DNA of 26,351 nt, taken from Nitrospira sp. (lineage in GTDB: Bacteria; Nitrospirota; Thermodesulfovibrionia; Thermodesulfovibrionales; UBA6898). The stretch lies in the NCBI GenBank assembly GCA_037440265.1, contig JBBIUL010000001.1, positions 1 to 26,351 on the forward strand, given 5' to 3'. The notes below the pieces were generated by a model. The model was not told the origin of the DNA, ran no database searches, and worked only from the letters and a program-made list of their open reading frames with translations. A program made the position numbers and the translations under genes. Position 1 is the first letter of the stretch; each line of letters starts with the position of its first letter. This document shows positions 24,760 through 26,351 of the stretch, in pieces.

Positions 24760-26349
24760 CTATCCTCCTTTGTCTGTATGGCTTATTATAATCCTTGCGT
24801 CGAGTGCAATTGAACCTTTTTCGTGAACGACCAGTGGATTTATGTCCAGTTCCTCTATGGCAGGGAAATCAGAAGCTAGCGCTGAAAGTCTCAGAATGCT
24901 TTCGGCAATCGACTCAATGTCGGTAGGCTTTTCTCCCCGGACGCCCTCAAGGAGGCTGTAGGTCCTTATCTCAGTTATCATCTCATATGCATCAGCAGTG
25001 CTGAGCGGGACTATCCGGAATGCAACATCTTTCAGAAATTCGACGTAAATGCCGCCGAGACCGAACATAATCATCGGACCGAAAGTCCGGTCGCGGGTTA
25101 TGCCGAGAATCACCTCTTTTCCCTTCCGAACAGTCTCGTATACCAGTATTCCGCTGATGAACGCGGACGGGACAAACCTTTTTGCATTCATGGTGATCTC
25201 AGTGAAGGCATCTTCAGCCTCCCGGGCCGAGTTTATTCCCAGCCTCACTCCGCCGATGTCGGTTTTATGGAGGATGTCAGGAGAGGATATTTTCATGACA
25301 ACAGGGAACCCGATCCGTGCTGCAGCCTCTGCAGCCTCTGAGGGTGTTTTTACAAGCTGTTTTAAAGGAAAGCTGAACCCGTAGCTGGTAAGTATTTCCC
25401 TTGATTCGTCTTCGGCAAACTGCAGTTGTTTTTTCGATAGTGCGGCACGGATTTTCTCTGATACCGGCTCCCGGTCGGCCTGCACATGAGAAATGGTCTC
25501 TGCCGGTTTATTCTTCCATGAACGATAATCGTAAAGCCTTTTAAACGCCTTTACCGCAGGCTCGGGATAGGGGAAGTTCGGAATTGATGATGACTTGAGC
25601 ATCTCAATTGATGAGCGGACCCGTGCTTCACCCATAAAGCTTGTAATAAAGGGTTTAGGAGATGAGGTCGAGGCATTTATTACTGTCTGTGCTGCATCAT
25701 TTGCATCGATCATGGCCTGAGGTGTAAGGATAACAAGAAATCCGTCTACTGCAGGGTCGTGAAGCGCATGCTCCAGCACAGCAGCATATCTGTCAGCGGT
25801 AGCATCGCCGAGAATATCCACAGGGTTATAGAGCGACGCGTGTTTCGGAAGGAGAGATGCAAGGGTATTAATATTTTCCCTGGACAGATGGGGAAGGGTT
25901 AGATTGAAGTTCTCGGCAGCATCTGCTGCTATGATGCCGGGACCGCCGGCATTGGTAATGATAAGCAGGCGGTTGCCCTCGGGCAGTTTTCCGGAACTGA
26001 AGGCAAGTGACGTCTCAAAGAGGTCTTCAATCCCTTGTGCACGTATGACGCCGGTCTGTCTGAACGCTGCACTGAACGCGTGCTCGGAGCCGGCAAGGGC
26101 GCCGGTATGCGATGAGGCAGCGCGTGCCCCTGCCTGTGTGCCGCCTGCCTTCACCAGTATTATCGGTTTTATCCGTGTTGCCTTCTTTGCAATATCGAGG
26201 AACCTTCTGCCCTCAACGACGTCCTCAATATAGCCGAGAATGATATCTGTTTCAGGGTCGTCGATAAAATATTCGATAAAATCTGTTTCATTGAGGTCGG
26301 CCTTGTTGCCGAGGCTGATGAACTTTGAAAAACCTATGTTGTTGCCGAT
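24760..26349 (-). CDS. ADP-forming acetate/acyl-CoA ligase (fused alpha-beta ACD), 5'-truncated
   Basis: The frame stays open past 26154 to the window edge (IGNNIGFSKFISLGNKADLNETDF...GYIEDV). Phospho-His motif 'SSHTGALAG', 'ITNAGGPG', ATP-grasp 'PVVMKISSPDILHKTDIGGV', 'FGPMIMFGLGG', 'ELDINPL'. No C-terminal GNAT domain. Confidence 0.9.
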   Translation of the reverse strand: MGNNIGFSKFISLGNKADLNETDFIEYFIDDPETDIILGYIEDVVEGRRFLDIAKKATRIKPIILVKAGGTQAGARAASSHTGALAGSEHAFSAAFRQTGVIRAQGIEDLFETSLAFSSGKLPEGNRLLIITNAGGPGIIAADAAENFNLTLPHLSRENINTLASLLPKHASLYNPVDILGDATADRYAAVLEHALHDPAVDGFLVILTPQAMIDANDAAQTVINASTSSPKPFITSFMGEARVRSSIEMLKSSSIPNFPYPEPAVKAFKRLYDYRSWKNKPAETISHVQADREPVSEKIRAALSKKQLQFAEDESREILTSYGFSFPLKQLVKTPSEAAEAAARIGFPVVMKISSPDILHKTDIGGVRLGINSAREAEDAFTEITMNAKRFVPSAFISGILVYETVRKGKEVILGITRDRTFGPMIMFGLGGIYVEFLKDVAFRIVPLSTADAYEMITEIRTYSLLEGVRGEKPTDIESIAESILRLSALASDFPAIEELDINPLVVHEKGSIALDARIIISHTDKGG

Positions 26350-26351
26350 GG

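Noticed and set aside
24760-26349. Pat/YfiQ protein lysine acetyltransferase call
   Set aside because: The catalytic His (SSHTG) is intact and there is no C-terminal GNAT domain. An N-terminal GNAT outside the window cannot be excluded.
1-26351. Mobile elements, tRNA/rRNA, riboswitches, tandem repeats
   Set aside because: No transposase, integrase or phage ORFs. Intergenic gaps are all under about 185 bp and none showed a cloverleaf, known riboswitch core or repeat array on manual reading. An Rfam/Infernal scan would be the decisive check.

Overview
Gene-dense, mostly housekeeping window of about 19 CDSs from a Gram-negative, probably anaerobic bacterium. The gene content is reminiscent of Nitrospirota/Thermodesulfovibrionia or Desulfobacterota (inference, not tested). 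Left to right: tamB (5'-truncated), an Omp85/BamA with about seven POTRA repeats and a mini-SurA; a REC-PilZ protein on the minus strand; hypC, a dCTP-deaminase homolog, pyrF and a Bacillus-type pabB; an orphan H-NOX; addB-addA; a two-gene unit of a degenerate P-loop/STAND-like NTPase and an MscS channel; an MFS transporter; a VOC protein and an M3 oligoendopeptidase; and a LOG protein, a Pta-N/DRTGG protein and an ADP-forming acyl-CoA ligase (5'-truncated). I saw no tRNA/rRNA, IS element, integrase, prophage or CRISPR array. The best candidates for something undescribed are (1) the translationally coupled pseudo-NTPase + MscS pair, (2) a Dcd homolog whose catalytic Glu is replaced by Ser, (3) a stand-alone, probably NO-selective H-NOX with no signalling partner, (4) three promoters that appear to give leaderless mRNAs, and (5) a TamB / seven-POTRA Omp85 / PPIase-less SurA operon. 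All calls come from motif recognition by eye; no searches were run.
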